64,000 nt of DNA from Eledone cirrhosa. Lineage: Eukaryota. The translations under genes were made by a program, and so were the position numbers. This document shows positions 1-14,255 of the stretch, piece after piece. The DNA lies in the NCBI GenBank assembly GCA_964016885.1, contig OZ024742.1, positions 209,436,001 to 209,500,000 of the forward strand, written 5' to 3'. Below the pieces are notes generated by a model. It was not told where the DNA came from, searched no databases, and saw only the letters and a program-made list of their open reading frames with translations. How positions within the stretch are numbered: the stretch's first letter is position 1; the number at the start of each line of letters is the position of its first letter.

Positions 1-1
1 C

Positions 2-123
2 ATAGAAACAACTGACATCTTTGTAGACTCTTCCAAATGTTTTGACTCAGTTCAGAGGGAAAATGGATTACCAGAAGAAACAGTAAATACAATTATGATG
101 CTGTACAAGAACACACGATCAAA
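2..123 (+). pseudogene. RTE-type LINE reverse transcriptase fragment (internally deleted, cut by window edge)
   Basis: Frame 2 translates IETTDIFVDSSKCFDSVQR-ENGLPEETVNTIMMLYKNTRSK, matching the non-LTR RT motif FVDFxKAFDS and the following GLP..V..I..LY segment. Confidence 0.7.
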
Positions 124-1381
124 GCCCCCCCCCCCCACACACACACACACACTCATATTGACACTACAAATTCGAAGTTTCACCGTTACTGAAGATCTTC
201 CCGCACTAAAATACAGTCTAATGATCTGTCCCTCTAAAGTACAGCCTCAAACGTAAAGACTAGTCAATTCATTAACAAACAATTAACTCCCCACACACAA
301 CAAAGAAGACTCACAGTGGAATATCGTTCCCACGTCTAACTAATGTTATATAGACCGTATCCAAAGAAAACCAGCTTCCACTTATAAATATGAATTTGCT
401 CATCAACACACTCCAGGCTCTGATCCATAAACAAGTTGTTTCCTCTCTCTTTTCTACAGCGACTACAGTTGGGCATGTTTCTAGTAGTTGAATGATATGG
501 TGTCACGCCCAGTTAAGCCCTCATCTCTTCTCTTCTCGTTACCCATATTGTGTTACCCTCAGGACATGCACTAACCCCCATGCTCCCCCTTCCGAACCTT
601 AATTCTCTGGACATCTTTCACTGTAAACCATTGAATTACAACTATTAAAAAGGAATATTCATTAAACATTGATCTCACCGAACACGGGGTCTCTACAAAT
701 GCCATCAACACAACCTCTAATACAAACTAATCCAAGATTTTATTTTCTTAATACATTGGAGTTTGCTGAGGAACGAAATTTCTACCAGATGTGCGATGAT
801 ATTTTAATAAGAAAACACAACAATGCTTCAAAACAACATTATTTAAATGTAGGAAAACAGCCAATCATAATAAAGAAGACACGAAAAATAAACAACCAAA
901 AAGCATTTAACAGACGTTTGTAAATAAGAAATAATACGAATTCCAGCTTGTAAACTATGTCTATGGTTTTAGATTAAGTACTTTCAAATATTCACACACT
1001 CTCACACAGAGACAGACATACACGGAGACACACAAACACACACACATACGTCTATCATTAGCCATCTGTCAGACAATAATTATACAATCGAGTTAACAAA
1101 CTGAAGAAAAATGTACCAGGACATACACAAAAATATTTGAAACAAAATATACGTTACTTGTGGTATATATGTGTGTGTGTTTGTGTGTGTGTTTACCAAG
1201 TCCTTTACTTGGTGAACATTCAACATTACCAGCAAAACTCATTGGCTAAAAGTTTGCTGTACTATGCAAAGATCTCTCTCTCTCTCCCCCCACCCCCCCT
1301 CAGTATCTTCATCGCATACACACGAACACACAGATATAGAAACATATATATACATAGTTAGATATATATTTGTGTGAGTGC

Positions 1382-1445
<64 letters not shown>

Positions 1446-1522
1446 CGAAGGAGATGTGGTAAGGAACCAGGTGGACCATAACGCACCAAAGTACTCAATA
1501 CTTAGGGTAGTAGAGTGGGTAA

Positions 1523-1612
1523 TAGGAACAAGTAAGACCCCGACGGTTGAGCTTTCAGTACAGAATTAGCCGTCGAAACGTCTTGAGCTCAGCCGTCGGG
1601 GTCTTACTTGTT

Positions 1613-1616
<4 letters not shown>
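1523..1616. repeat. Fold-back inverted repeat enclosing a 3' half HHR motif (probable PLE end)
   Basis: TAGGAACAAGTAAGACCCCGACGGTTGAGCT ... AGCTCAGCCGTCGGGGTCTTACTTGTTCCTA; the spacer contains GTCGAAACGTC. Confidence 0.75.
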
Positions 1617-1696
<80 letters not shown>

Positions 1697-2631
1697 TATA
1701 TTGAAAACCATACTCCATAATATAGAACCAAGTGACTGATTTATGCGACCAAAATAACACTACACACATATTGGGTCAGCAACGAACTAGGAATATTGGA
1801 TGCTCCGTCAATGACCGGGTAAGCACAAATAGAATTCTATTTGCATTGAAATATACGAACTTGTGGATCTGTTGTGAGGTCGAACACAAACACACACGAC
1901 CGCACAGATGAGCGATGGACTATGCCCTATGGGTTGGACTTGCAAGTGCTTTGAAAGATGTGTAACTCTAGTACTATTATTTATTATTAAGATGTATAAA
2001 CTTGACACACTTATTATCATCTTATATTCTCTCAACTAATCGCATTATGATTATATTTCTCTCGCCCGTTTTCTCCCCCTATATTTATAATATTTTTATT
2101 TAACAAAATCTGTTTTTTACATTGTGTTTTTCCCTTTCTGATACTTGCTTATATTTTTTATATATTCTCTATATATTTTTTATATATTTTTTTATTTTTA
2201 TTTTTATTTTTATTTTCATTTTTATCCTCCTTATATTTTATTTTATTCTTACTCTTATATCTTATTATAGTGTAATCTTCCCTGTACCTTATTATACATT
2301 ATTAACTATAAATTATTATTATTATTATTCCACTTTTAATTACCTCATGTACTTCCTCCTCCGTTATATATATATTATATGCCCTTTGTGTGTTTGTAGC
2401 CTCTGCACACCCTCTGCATCCTACTATCAATGCCGCCCCATCCATGGCTCCACTAACCACTCGACTCCCGGGAATAAATATGACCACAGCTAGTAAACAA
2501 GGACCCACACCCCACCCTCCCGCACTTAGATTAGACATATTGTCCCCTGCTTTTGCTCTTTACTCTCTTTACTCTTTGTTCTTGAATGTTTGGTTGGTAG
2601 AGTCCATAACACCAATCAAACCCCTTTTATA

Positions 2632-2676
2632 GCTCTGAAGAATCCTACGGTTACGTAAGGAGGAAACACTGTAAGC
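2632..2676 (+). ncRNA. Type I hammerhead ribozyme-like motif (PLE pLTR)
   Basis: GCT-CTGAAGA-A-TCCTACG(GTTA)CGTAAGGA-G-GAAA-CACTG-TA-AGC, followed by AATAAA. Confidence 0.6.
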
Positions 2677-2887
2677 CAATAAAAAATGGTTGACGTTGTA
2701 GACGCTCTTGTGTTCTTTATCATATATACGGCTCTGCTCGAAAGCATTGAGCTAATTATTATACTGCCAATACTTTAATGGGACACGGGTATACAATACT
2801 TAACTCCTATTAACCTAAGTATATATATATATATACATATATATGTATATATATATCTATATATGTATATATCTATATATCTATATG

Positions 2888-3004
<117 letters not shown>

Positions 3005-4215
3005 GTGAGGTTTTTTTTTTACAGAATGAAAAATAACCGAGGTGTCCTATACGAGTGAAAGTATAAAGAAAAAAAGATGAAATCGAAAATGCAACTGGAG
3101 GCTTATTTTTTTTAAAATATATATATATATTTGGTTCCTTTACCGGTTTCGCGGTTCTTCTGTTTTTCAAAAGTAGAGTTGAGATGGAGGGTCTGTGGTT
3201 TTTCTCACATCTGGTTGGTCTTTGAATGTTACTTGTTTTAAATGGAAAAAAGTGGCTCGAAAAGCCACGTTTTTAGAGAAGTAATTTGATTGGTTGGTCA
3301 ATAATTATAATAAATTCCGCGCCAGTTCGCGTTACAAAGTTCTTCAAATAATGGGGGGGGGGGGCTCGGGTTGTTTTTTCAAATATGAGTGTTTGAATTT
3401 CTTTTTACTTAAAACAAAGGGGCTCACGAAGGCTTTTTTAAAATAAACGTAATTTGATTGGTTATAAATGAAATTATGGCTGTCACGTGAACACGTTTTC
3501 ATCAAATTTCGCGCCCTTATTTGGAAATCTATTCTGTAGCCTTTTTAGAGAGTTTTATTACAAGAAAAAGATAATGGTCAAGAGAAATGGGATGGGAGAA
3601 TTGTTCTGGTTCAGTGAGTATGGTTAGTTCGCTGGGGTGTCAGAATTCAGATTTTCTATAGAAATAAAGAAAGTAAAGATATGTATGTTTATTTGTGTGC
3701 TTGTGTGTGTGTGTGTGTGTGTGTGTGTTGGGAGATTATTCTATTAGTAGAAATGGGGGAGGGAGTTGTGTGTGTATATAGGTGTTATGTGTGTGTGGGG
3801 GGGAGTATGTTAAGATGGAGAGAATGTATATATTTTGTGTGCGTGTATATATGTGTGTAGGAAAGTGATTCTATTAGTAGAAATGGGGGAGGGAGTTGTG
3901 TATGTGGGGGGTGGGGTTGTTATTTGTGTGTATGGGTGTTATGTGTGTGTGGGAGTATGGTTAGCATGTTAAGATGAAGAGAATATATATATATTGTGCG
4001 TGTGTGTGTGTAGGAAAATGATTCCTTTATTAGGAATATTTTTGAATGAACATATTTTCCTTACTTATTCGTATTTGTTCTGTTGTATTGTCAGCGCAAA
4101 CGTATGTTTAGGTTTATTTAGTTTGGGTTTTTATTTTCTAAAGTAGCAGGTGTTATATGTGTGTGTATGTGTCTGTTTGGATGGTTAGGATGTTTTGGTG
4201 TTGATATAATGTATA

Positions 4216-4600
4216 TTAAACCATATTTAATGGTGGTCTATATTTTTGAATAAACATATTTTCCTTATTTATCCGTATTTGTTCTGTTGTATTGTTAGCG
4301 CAAAGGTAAAATGGGAAGACTTGGAATTTGAGTGTCTTATTACTTTCGCATATGTCTAGATATGCGCTTAGTGGTATCTGTCTCGTGGTTGGATCTCGTA
4401 ATTGTTGGCGATGAACTGTCATTCTGTTTCTGAGTGTGAGTTTAGTTTGTCATATATAATCTTCATTGCATCCTTTACATTTAATGGCATAAACTAGATT
4501 TTTTGATGTGCAAGTGAAGTGATTTTTTACAGCAACATTTTGTCCTGATTTAAATGTATACGTGTTGTCTTTAAGTAAAAAGAAATGCAAACACTCATAT
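4216..4600 (-). pseudogene. PLE GIY-YIG endonuclease fragment
   Basis: FTCTSKNLVYAIKCKGCNEDYI*QTKLTLRNRMTVHRQQ...KENMFIQKYRPPLN (VY...YIG..R..H...E...LN). Confidence 0.9.
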
Positions 4601-4805
4601 AGGAAAAACAACCTGAGACCCCCCCCCCCTTGTTTGAAGAATTTTGAAGCGCGAACTGGCGCGAAATTTATTATATTTATTGACCAACCAATCAAATTAC
4701 TTCTCTAAAAACGTGGCTTTTCGAGCCACTTTTCCATATAAAACAAGTAACATTCAAAGACCATCCAGATGTGAGAAAAACCACAGACCCTCCACCTCAA
4801 CTCTA

Positions 4806-4841
4806 CTTTTGAAAAACAGAAGAACTGCGAAACCGGTAAAG
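4806..4841 (+). ncRNA. Minimal HHR with U3-A8 variant core (mirror copy at about 3139-3174 on -)
   Basis: CTT-TTGAAAA-ACAG(AAGAA)CTGC-GAAA-CCGG-TA-AAG. Confidence 0.55.
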
Positions 4842-4903
4842 GAACCAAATAAATATATATATATTTTCTTAAATAAGACTCCAGTTGCATTTTCGATTTC
4901 ATC

Positions 4904-4974
<71 letters not shown>

Positions 4975-4984
4975 ATATAAAATG

Positions 4985-5120
4985 CTGATGTTACATAAAT
5001 CGTTTAATCATTATAATTATTTCCACGGTTCTCCCATGCAATCAAGATGTAATTCATGCATTTGATGTTGTTATGAGAACGGTATCCTCAGATGAAATTT
5101 GATTTTGTGATATGTCGGTG
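4985..5120 (+). repeat. Dispersed repeat; inverted copy at about 6885-7030, direct copy at about 46050-46205
   Basis: Shared ATCGTTTAATCATT..CCACGGTTCTCC..ATGCAATCAAGATGT..GAGAACGGTATCCTCAGATGA. Confidence 0.75.
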
Positions 5121-5599
5121 ACAGGAAAAAACACGTCCTTTTGCTCGTGCGTCCAGCAGACATATGAGTTCCTAAAAGGGTCTCCCAGCCGTCGTGTTTA
5201 CTGGAATAAAGTGATATGAACGTGTCAATTAGTGAAATCAGGATTGATGCAACCTCCACGGAATTAGGGTCGTAAATCAACAGAAAGAAATCTCCTCAAG
5301 AGCGTTGTGGTGATTGTACCAAACGCTAGTCTATGCGTAGCTAGAATCCAGCAGATAGTGGAAGCAAAAAACGGAACTCAATCCTACAAACACACACATC
5401 CGCACACACATGTACACACATATGAACACATGCATGTACCCACGCATGTTTTTATGTTTGTATGTTTGTCTAATGAAAGAGGAGAAAAGAGATTGTTGTA
5501 TGTATATTTATTAATGCTCATACAGTTTCAATATACAAAACAAGCTTCTTTCTGTAAAACGCGTGTGAACGCATTGAGACAAATATACTCCTTCTTCGT

Positions 5600-5634
<35 letters not shown>

Positions 5635-5777
5635 ATTATTATTATTATTATTATGGTAAACATTGATGCTTTTCAATTCAAGCACTCAACGTACTTTTGC
5701 CACATAGGAGTGACGGAGTAAATATCGAATAAGGAAAAGCGAAGTAGTTTCAGATGTTGAAGTCCTTTAATAATAAT

Positions 5778-5851
5778 GCTGTGATATATATTTCAATGAC
5801 GATACTGGCCACAGTGTTCTGTGTGCGAGTGTCGTGTCATCATCAGACAGC
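5778..5851 (-). ncRNA. Type I HHR with extended helix II
   Basis: Minus strand: GCTGT-CTGATGA-TGAC...(CACAG/CTGTG hairpin)...GTCATT-GAAA-TATATA-TC-ACAGC; perfect 5-bp stem I. Confidence 0.65.
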
Positions 5852-7026
5852 TTGTTACATAATAAGGTTATGTTTCCGAGGCAATCCAAATTGAATCGAC
5901 ATGGGAACGGATGAAGTTCGTGCTTTTGGGTTTTTCATCCGTTCCCTTGTGAGTACCAATTCACCCCCACCGGTCTGCGCAAGCGCATGTCCGAAGGAAG
6001 TTGACCATTAGCCACCGGAGATTTCAACGAAATTCGCTTAGTCAGTTCACCCTCTCAGCCAAACAATGGCCCACCTATGCCCTACCAAAGTTTACTGCTA
6101 CCCATCACGACTGTGGCAGTCAGCCGAAAGCCAGAGGGGATGGGAGGGTGTTAGTTTTTATAGGTCATAATACTACCTCTCACTAAGCGTTGACAGTACG
6201 ACTGACCATCAACTCCTAAGGGAAAATAAACTTAATTCTAGGTATCATGGTTTTACATTGGAAGTTAAGAGTGAGAGTTGGAAATAAAAATTAAAAATTA
6301 AAATCCTAAATCAAATATCAGAGATTATAAATTAAACAATTAAAAAATTAAAAAATTAACAATTAGAAATTAAAAAACTTTTCAAGTGATAATTCGGATT
6401 GAGGTGAGTAAAAATATAGATTGAAGTGAGTAAATAATATGGAGAGGGATGTTTCAGTAATAAGTTCTGAGAGGGATTCTAGTGTCACAGTTGCTCTATC
6501 CACATATTGAACGACAGGGCCGTACATTATAACGGAGGGCAAACTACAGGGATCAAGGCATTAGTCAATCTGGTACACAGTCATAATTTCCATCACATGG
6601 AACAAAAGAAAAGAACAGAACCAATAGTGAATAAATGCAAAAACACAGAGTACATATATGCAAAATGATCCATATGATTGTCCATCTGTCCATGTATAGA
6701 TTGAATTGAGGGGGCTTCTGTTCAAATGCGATTTGGTGCAGGAAAATAGGGGTTTATCTTATTTTTTGTTTCCGCGTATTTATCCTGCCGAAAGTTACTA
6801 TTATGTCCGTCCAGTGTCAGGGGTTTCCATCCCCATGGTAGAGGGAATTTCCGGGGTAGCTCATGGTATTTTTTCTGCCGGCGGCATATCAAACATATCG
6901 GTTATCATCTGAGGATGCCGTTCTCATAACAACAACAAATGCATGAAGGACATCTCGATTGCATGGAGAACCTTAGAAATAATTATAATCATTAAACGAT
7001 CTATGGAACCTCAGCATCTTATTTTG

Positions 7027-7116
<90 letters not shown>

Positions 7117-8347
7117 GTGCTATTAAATATTGACTAATTTGAAGCTGGATGTGAGATCACCTGCGTAGTACATGACGAAGTATACAATAACACCGAATAA
7201 GAAGGATAGCCTTCCATAATTGTCTTTATCATATAATGTGCTATAATGCGCATTTCTTTGGTATCTGTCTTTATTACGCAACGAAGACATTACGTAATTA
7301 TTTACATGATTTCTTCAGGCTGACTTTTGAAATAGCAACAACGAAACCATTTGCGTTTCCATTTTACTAAGAAATGTATTACATAAAAATGTATTACCTA
7401 CATTACTCTGTATATGTCTGTCAGTATATATATATATATATATATCATCATTATCATCATCATAACTGAGAAGTGATTGAGCATGGTTAGATTTTTTTCA
7501 CTCACATGTTTCGTGAATGTCCAAGTAGTGAACTTGTACAACTGCAGTGAAGCCCACGGAAGAAGCTTCTTTTACCACCATTGAGTCCAGTGAGAATAGC
7601 TCTTGTTTTTGAGTGGCTTGTTCATAAAATATTTCCTATATACGAAGTGATACACAGCTTTCTGCTGGATATCTTTGATTGCTCCTATTGAACTCTTCTG
7701 CTCGTAGATGTGTCTTTGAAGTGTTTGAATGAAAATAGTTTTTACTATTTTTTCTAATTATGCAGAAGGAGAATAGCATCTTATATCCGTTGTTGTTTTA
7801 GAGTGTCAGGCGAGGTAGATTTTCTTTGAATTAAGTCAAGTTCGTACATTTGTCAATTGAAATGAGAACGATATAAACCAATTATGATAAATTATAATGG
7901 TGCAAGATGCAATAACTTTTTCGAAATTCACATTCAGATGAGATTCGGACAAAAATTCCTAGAAAAAAGTTTGAACTTGAAATTAGGAAATTTCAGTTGA
8001 TTGGAGATATTTCTCAGTCGCCATATTCAGAATAAGGGTCATGTCAGGCAGAACGTTGCCCTAGATATTTGTCACCGCTAACCCCTTCCTGTATATACTT
8101 GACGATTTAGTCTAACCAATTTACTGGATGAATATACTTCACAGATCGAAACTTGTCCGACGTTTTCCCTATGTTATCTTAAAATGTTCCAAAAGAATTG
8201 AATCAGCTCTGGTTATAGGGCACCCCTCCCTTACTCGTTATTTTTTCCAAACAACCTTAAAGGGAATTTGCGATTTGAAATTCCGAGGATAGTCTCACCT
8301 GATTGAAGTCGCCATATTCAGACTGCGAGGATCTTTGTATACGTGTG

Positions 8348-8456
<109 letters not shown>

Positions 8457-8599
8457 AAAATTAAATGTGTTCGCTCCTAATGAATCCGAAGCTCTAGACA
8501 TTCCCTGTTATCGGATGTCTTAAAATACGGATGAAACCATGGTAGAGGTAATTAGGCATGTACACATTTCTTCTAAGTTTGAATTCACACCTAATTGTG

Positions 8600-8827
8600 T
8601 TTAGTTGACTGTATATCTGGTCGATTTCTACATGCTGTCGAAATGTTGGATACATACTCCATCGTAGCCACCGCGAAGGGGCTGCTTTCGGTTATTTGTC
8701 GGAGATTTCTGCATAAAAGCCTTTATTCTTATAGCTTGATCTAATTGATTTTTTTATATGGTTAATTATGCTAATTGGGAGAGGAAATGGTATATATTAT
8801 ATCTAGTGATTCTATAGACATGTTTTA

Positions 8828-8830
<3 letters not shown>
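8600..8830 (+). repeat. Dispersed repeat; second copy at about 38975-39192 with a fold-back arm at 38886-38968
   Basis: Shared TTTCTACATGCTGT.GAAATGTTGG..CCGCGAAGGGGCTGCTTTCGGTTATTT..GGTTAATTATGCTAATTGGGA. Confidence 0.75.
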
Positions 8831-8903
<73 letters not shown>

Positions 8904-9398
8904 TTGTATGCAGGAGAAAGTATATCTATGCTCTATTGTCACGCAGAAGTGTCTATATTTAACAGTTCATATATATACAGACTCAGAAAGATATAGAAAT
9001 ACAAATATAAATGCATAGATATACCCATAGCGACGGAGAAGCGCTGACATACAGACATACCTACTCACATATACACACACACTGTCATGCTAAACTCTCC
9101 CCATTCCTCATTCACTCTCTCTCACACACACTCTCTTTATAGCATGTGTGTGCATGTATAGTATATATACTTAGACGTCTATGGGGAGAAACGTGAGGTA
9201 TATATATATAGAGAGGGAGTTAGGTTTTGAGAGAGAAAAGAAAAACATTAGAGATGAGGTTTAAGAGTAAACAGTAAGAGAACCGCAGTGAGTGAAATTC
9301 ACAATTATAATTGCATCTACTCGAATATATATACATACACACTCACGACTGCTTTACATACAAACACACAAACACACAAACACACACACACACACACA

Positions 9399-9481
<83 letters not shown>

Positions 9482-9732
9482 CGCCAAACACAAATTTGTA
9501 AAGATACATACTTCTATGCACAGATACACATACGTCAATTAATATACAATGAAACAAAAAACAATGAACATTCATGTACTTAGACATATATTAAATTATA
9601 CATATATATATGTGTGTGCGTGTGTATGTGTGTGAATACACCATTCATATTTACATGCATACATGTATATGTATATTTATGCATATATATATATATATAT
9701 ATATAGTAAAAATAATAATAATGATTTCACTT

Positions 9733-9831
<99 letters not shown>

Positions 9832-10226
9832 TATATGTATATATATTATATAATGTATGTATATATCTATATACATATATATATATATGTGTATACATAT
9901 GTATGCATATATATATATATATATATATACATGGGTTTGAATGCGAAACAATCAATACCACTCTTTTATTCTCAACGTAACCATTTCTCTTGCTTCAGTT
10001 GGCATCAATCAATAATACGAACAGATTCTTGTTTTTCTAACATTCTAGAAATTTCCAAAATGCAATTATATATCCCCCTTACGGCCACAAGAAAAAGCAC
10101 GTGATTGTAACAAGAATAAAGCAAACATCTAAAATTGCAAAAACTCTCTTATTTTTGTTGCTGTCTATTTTGTGTTTTCTTTATATTTGTTACACATACA
10201 CATATATATACATATATATAAATATA

Positions 10227-10291
<65 letters not shown>

Positions 10292-10338
10292 GCATGTATA
10301 GTATGTATACATACATATCATACATATATATATATACG

Positions 10339-10405
<67 letters not shown>

Positions 10406-11212
10406 GTGTGTGTGTATATATATATGTATGATATGTATGTATACATATCGTATATATATATATATACACACACACATACATATACATATATTTATACATC
10501 TTTGTTATCAGTTTTTTTTTAAATGTCTTCGTTTTTCCATTTTCCCCTTATTCGGTTACTCGAATCACGAGGTGGATGTAAATGGATATTGAGAGCGGAG
10601 AGAGTGTGTGTAAAACAAGGAAAGAGAGAAAGGGAGAGGGTAGAGAGTGTGTGTGTGAGTTGATTTCTTCCCTGACTAGAAATATTTTTGTTTCTTCGTT
10701 TAGTTTAGATTTGTTTCTGTTTATGTTCTATGTTCTATATTATTTCATGTTTATCCTCTATATTTGTGTATTATTGCTTATATTTACTTTCCCTTAACCT
10801 TTAGATTATAAAGACATATATATATATATCTCACACATATATATCTACATATATTTATAAACACACACCTATATATATATATATATATATATAATTTTTG
10901 AATCTTATTTCTTTATATTCTTTTTGACATTAGGGTTAGAATATTATACTAGAACTAACCGAAATATTAGTAATAATATTCTCAATAGGATGATTTATAG
11001 GTTTCTGGCGATGTAATGAATGTCATGTATTCCTATTTTCTCTCTATATCTGCATTTTCCGTCCTCATGACTGGGGGGGGGGGGCAATTATTACGATGAG
11101 CCAATGAAACACCTTCTAGGTAATCGATCACCTTTCTCAATGCAGCAGGTAAAATTCATAAATACAAACACAACACTGCACATAGACACATTGAACGAGC
11201 CTACATACTTAC

Positions 11213-11303
<91 letters not shown>

Positions 11304-11974
11304 AACCTCGCTATAATGAGTGAATACTGAACTGAAGATCGGAATCATCTTTTACGCCAAATACATGAGACTTTCATTGTCTATAACTAGACAATCATAG
11401 TTCTCCATTGTAATAGCTCGGTTTGTCAAACAATCTCCAAACAATGTGTATGCTCTAATCTACGCTCAGTATTAGCATATTAAAGAAGAGAAGAAGACAA
11501 TCGGTTTGTTCGCCATCATAATCCGCAGAATCTCAACTTAGAACTACTTAAGCTAATATGCAATCGTTGTAAAGGATAATTACGCGAACAAAACCTAAAT
11601 AATCATGAACCCCAATGTGTAGTTTTGTTTAAAATGTTTATTGTCTTCTAGTCGACATATAGATGACTATATAGAATAAAGGTTTTCAACGGGGGACAAC
11701 ACGTTTCGGAGCTCCATGGGGACGTTTTGGAGCAAGGGGGCGTTAGAGGGGCATTTGAAACTTTGGATGTCGCTAGAGGGGCGCTGGAAGCCCCTTTAGT
11801 TTGGTAAGTTTTATAAGTCATATTTGTACGTCTCTTAGTCAGCCAGTGTGAATACATTTGAATGAAGAAAACGAACAAAATAAATAAAAGAAGCTTATCA
11901 ACGAATTCCTTAGTCGGTTGGTTGGTTGATTCGATAAGCGGAAGTTTGTTTATATATTGACAAAGATTTTTCGT

Positions 11975-12590
11975 CACATATTCTATGATCTCCGCAGTGA
12001 ATCATCAGTACTCCACCAACATGCCAAAATAGAACATAGGGGCACATTAGAGAACATAGAGATAAAAATTATATCCACATATAGAAAAGATGCAATGCTC
12101 AGACAAATCACAGAGACAACAAATATAAACGAACTCCAACCAAATTTAAACAGAAAACATGAGTGGAATAACAACATCACAACTAGTAATTAATGACAAA
12201 ATGAAGACATACAGACACAAACTAGGACTAAACTAATAAAACAACTCAGACACACAGATAGAAAAAACAACCAGCTAGTGACAAATAAACATATAAATAG
12301 ATAACTAAAACAACACACACGCACACCCGGATGTAACCCATGCGCAAACAGAGCACACAACATACAACACACAAAAACAAAATGGTGTAGGACAGAAAAA
12401 AGGAGAGACACACAAAATAAAAATTTAGTCACTGAAGGGGTTACAGAATGTGTGACGAAAGGACTTTGACAATATATAAACAACCTTCCGATTAACGAAC
12501 CAACCAACCAACCGGAAATTTATAATAAATTGAAGTGAAAACCAACAGGTGCGTGTGTTTTTGATAACATGACCCTCGCAAAGTAAAACA
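11975..12590 (+). mobile_element. PLE 3' fragment: GIY-YIG C-terminus plus pLTR with HHR-like motif (12428-12470)
   Basis: SVLHQHAKIEH...LRQITETTNINELQPNLNRKHEW; the pLTR is shared with 21845-22250 (-) and 50500-50720 (+). Confidence 0.8.
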
Positions 12591-12693
<103 letters not shown>

Positions 12694-12721
12694 TTTGTGT
12701 ATGTGTGTGTGTGTATTTACA

Positions 12722-13300
12722 ACACAGGTCCAGCAATCAGAGTCAACCAACAAGACCTGGAAGGAGTCGATCACTTCACCTATGTGACGCCGGGCCCGAC
12801 ATAAACCGTCGGATCGGCAAAGGAGCCGCACTTTTCCACTGGAAGCGCCTAGGCTGATCGTGTTCATGTATCAGCACCAGGATCAAGCTGCACCTGTATA
12901 AGAGCATCGTGTTGCCGACAGTGCTTTCCGCGAGCGGAACCTGCAAGAGCACGGCAAAGATAGAGAGACGGCTGAACGCTTTCCACCAGCGGTGCCTGTT
13001 AATGATCATTCGCGTGTCCTGGCGCGTCCGAGGAAATACTGCGGAGAACCGAGTCGTGGACGCTACAGAGGATGGTCACGGAGCGCCGGTGCCGCTTCGC
13101 TGGCCATATTCTGCACCTGTCCAACAAACGACTCTCGAAAACAGCGAAGAACTGGACTCCACCTGGCGGGAAACGAAGGTGGCGTTGCCCAGAATCACTT
13201 GGCTCGGACGTGAAAAAGCCGCTGTTGAATGTCACCGTTAGCGAGTACTTACTGCTCGATGCGCCGATCGGCGCGGAATTACCTAAGACTAAGACTAAAT
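12722..13300 (+). mobile_element. RTE-clade LINE 3' fragment
   Basis: LEGVDHFTYV..DINRRIGKG..IKLHLYKSIVLPTVL..RLNAFHQRCL..RFAGHILH..WTPPGGKR; short tandem tail (ACTAAG)n at about 13281-13300. Confidence 0.85.
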
Positions 13301-13529
13301 CTAATATGTACATTGATTTATTATGGCTATTGGTGAGTTGTGTTATCCTAAAGTTTCACCTACGCACTCACAGATCCTGTAAATCCGCAGGTGAAACTCC
13401 AGAGTAACAAGGCTCGTCACACCCACAATAAATAAATATTTAAACTCTACTTGGCTATTGAGTTTTCATTCTTACGTTAAAAAAAAACATTATATACGAC
13501 AAAAGCATAACATTACAATAAAACCCATA

Positions 13530-14025
13530 TTCCCACTCCTCCTATTATTTGGGACCCATTCTATGTCAAATACACGGCACTCTTCCATTATGCTTTCTCT
13601 ATATCTACAATCACCAAACTCTCCCCCTCTCTATATCTACTACTCGGTACTCGCTTCATATCCCCTCTGTATATCAATTAGCACCAAATTCTCCCTTTCT
13701 ATATATCTACTACACGGAACTCGCTTCCAGTCCCTCTCTCTATATCAATAAACATCAATCTCTCCACCTCACTATATGTAATATACAACATACTCTCCTA
13801 ACCCACTCTAAATCAATTACCACCAAACTTTCCCCTCTATATATCTACCATACAACACTCTCTCTCATTCCCTCTCACTCCAAACTCCCCCCTCTATATA
13901 TCAATCAATATTTACCTCTATCTCTCCTTTCACTCTATTTATTTACACCAAACTCTCCCTCTCGATATATCAACCATACAACACTCTCTCCTAATCCACC
14001 TCTCTATATCAATTACCACTTGATA
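13530..14025 (+). repeat. Degenerate ~30/60-bp pyrimidine-rich minisatellite, continued at 19607-20030 (split by the Tx1 insertion)
   Basis: Recurring CTCTCTATATCAATTAGCACCAAACTCTCCC / CTATATCTACTACACGGAACTC on both sides of the LINE. Confidence 0.8.
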
Positions 14026-14255
14026 TAGACGTGATTTACTTTGCTCCGGATTTTTACGGATTGTGATCAAAAAGACTGTGTGTTTATTACTCAATTTAAT
14101 AACATTGTTTAGTTTAACCCCTTGCCTTGGCCGTCAGACGTCGAGTCAACTAATTTTCGCCCCTTTCTGGGGCGGAATTTTTCAATTTTCATCTAAAAAC
14201 TGTAGACTTGGTGGCAATGGATGCCATTTCCACCTCGCACACTGTCGTGAGTGCC

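Noticed and set aside
160-920. Possible very old PLE endonuclease relic (ORF 669-923)
   Set aside because: No diagnostic motif could be read with confidence
11670-11800. hAT/MITE-like end; also Helentron/HINE-like ends at about 31990-32020 and 40875-41185
   Set aside because: Only a vague resemblance; no paired terminal repeats or target-site duplication found
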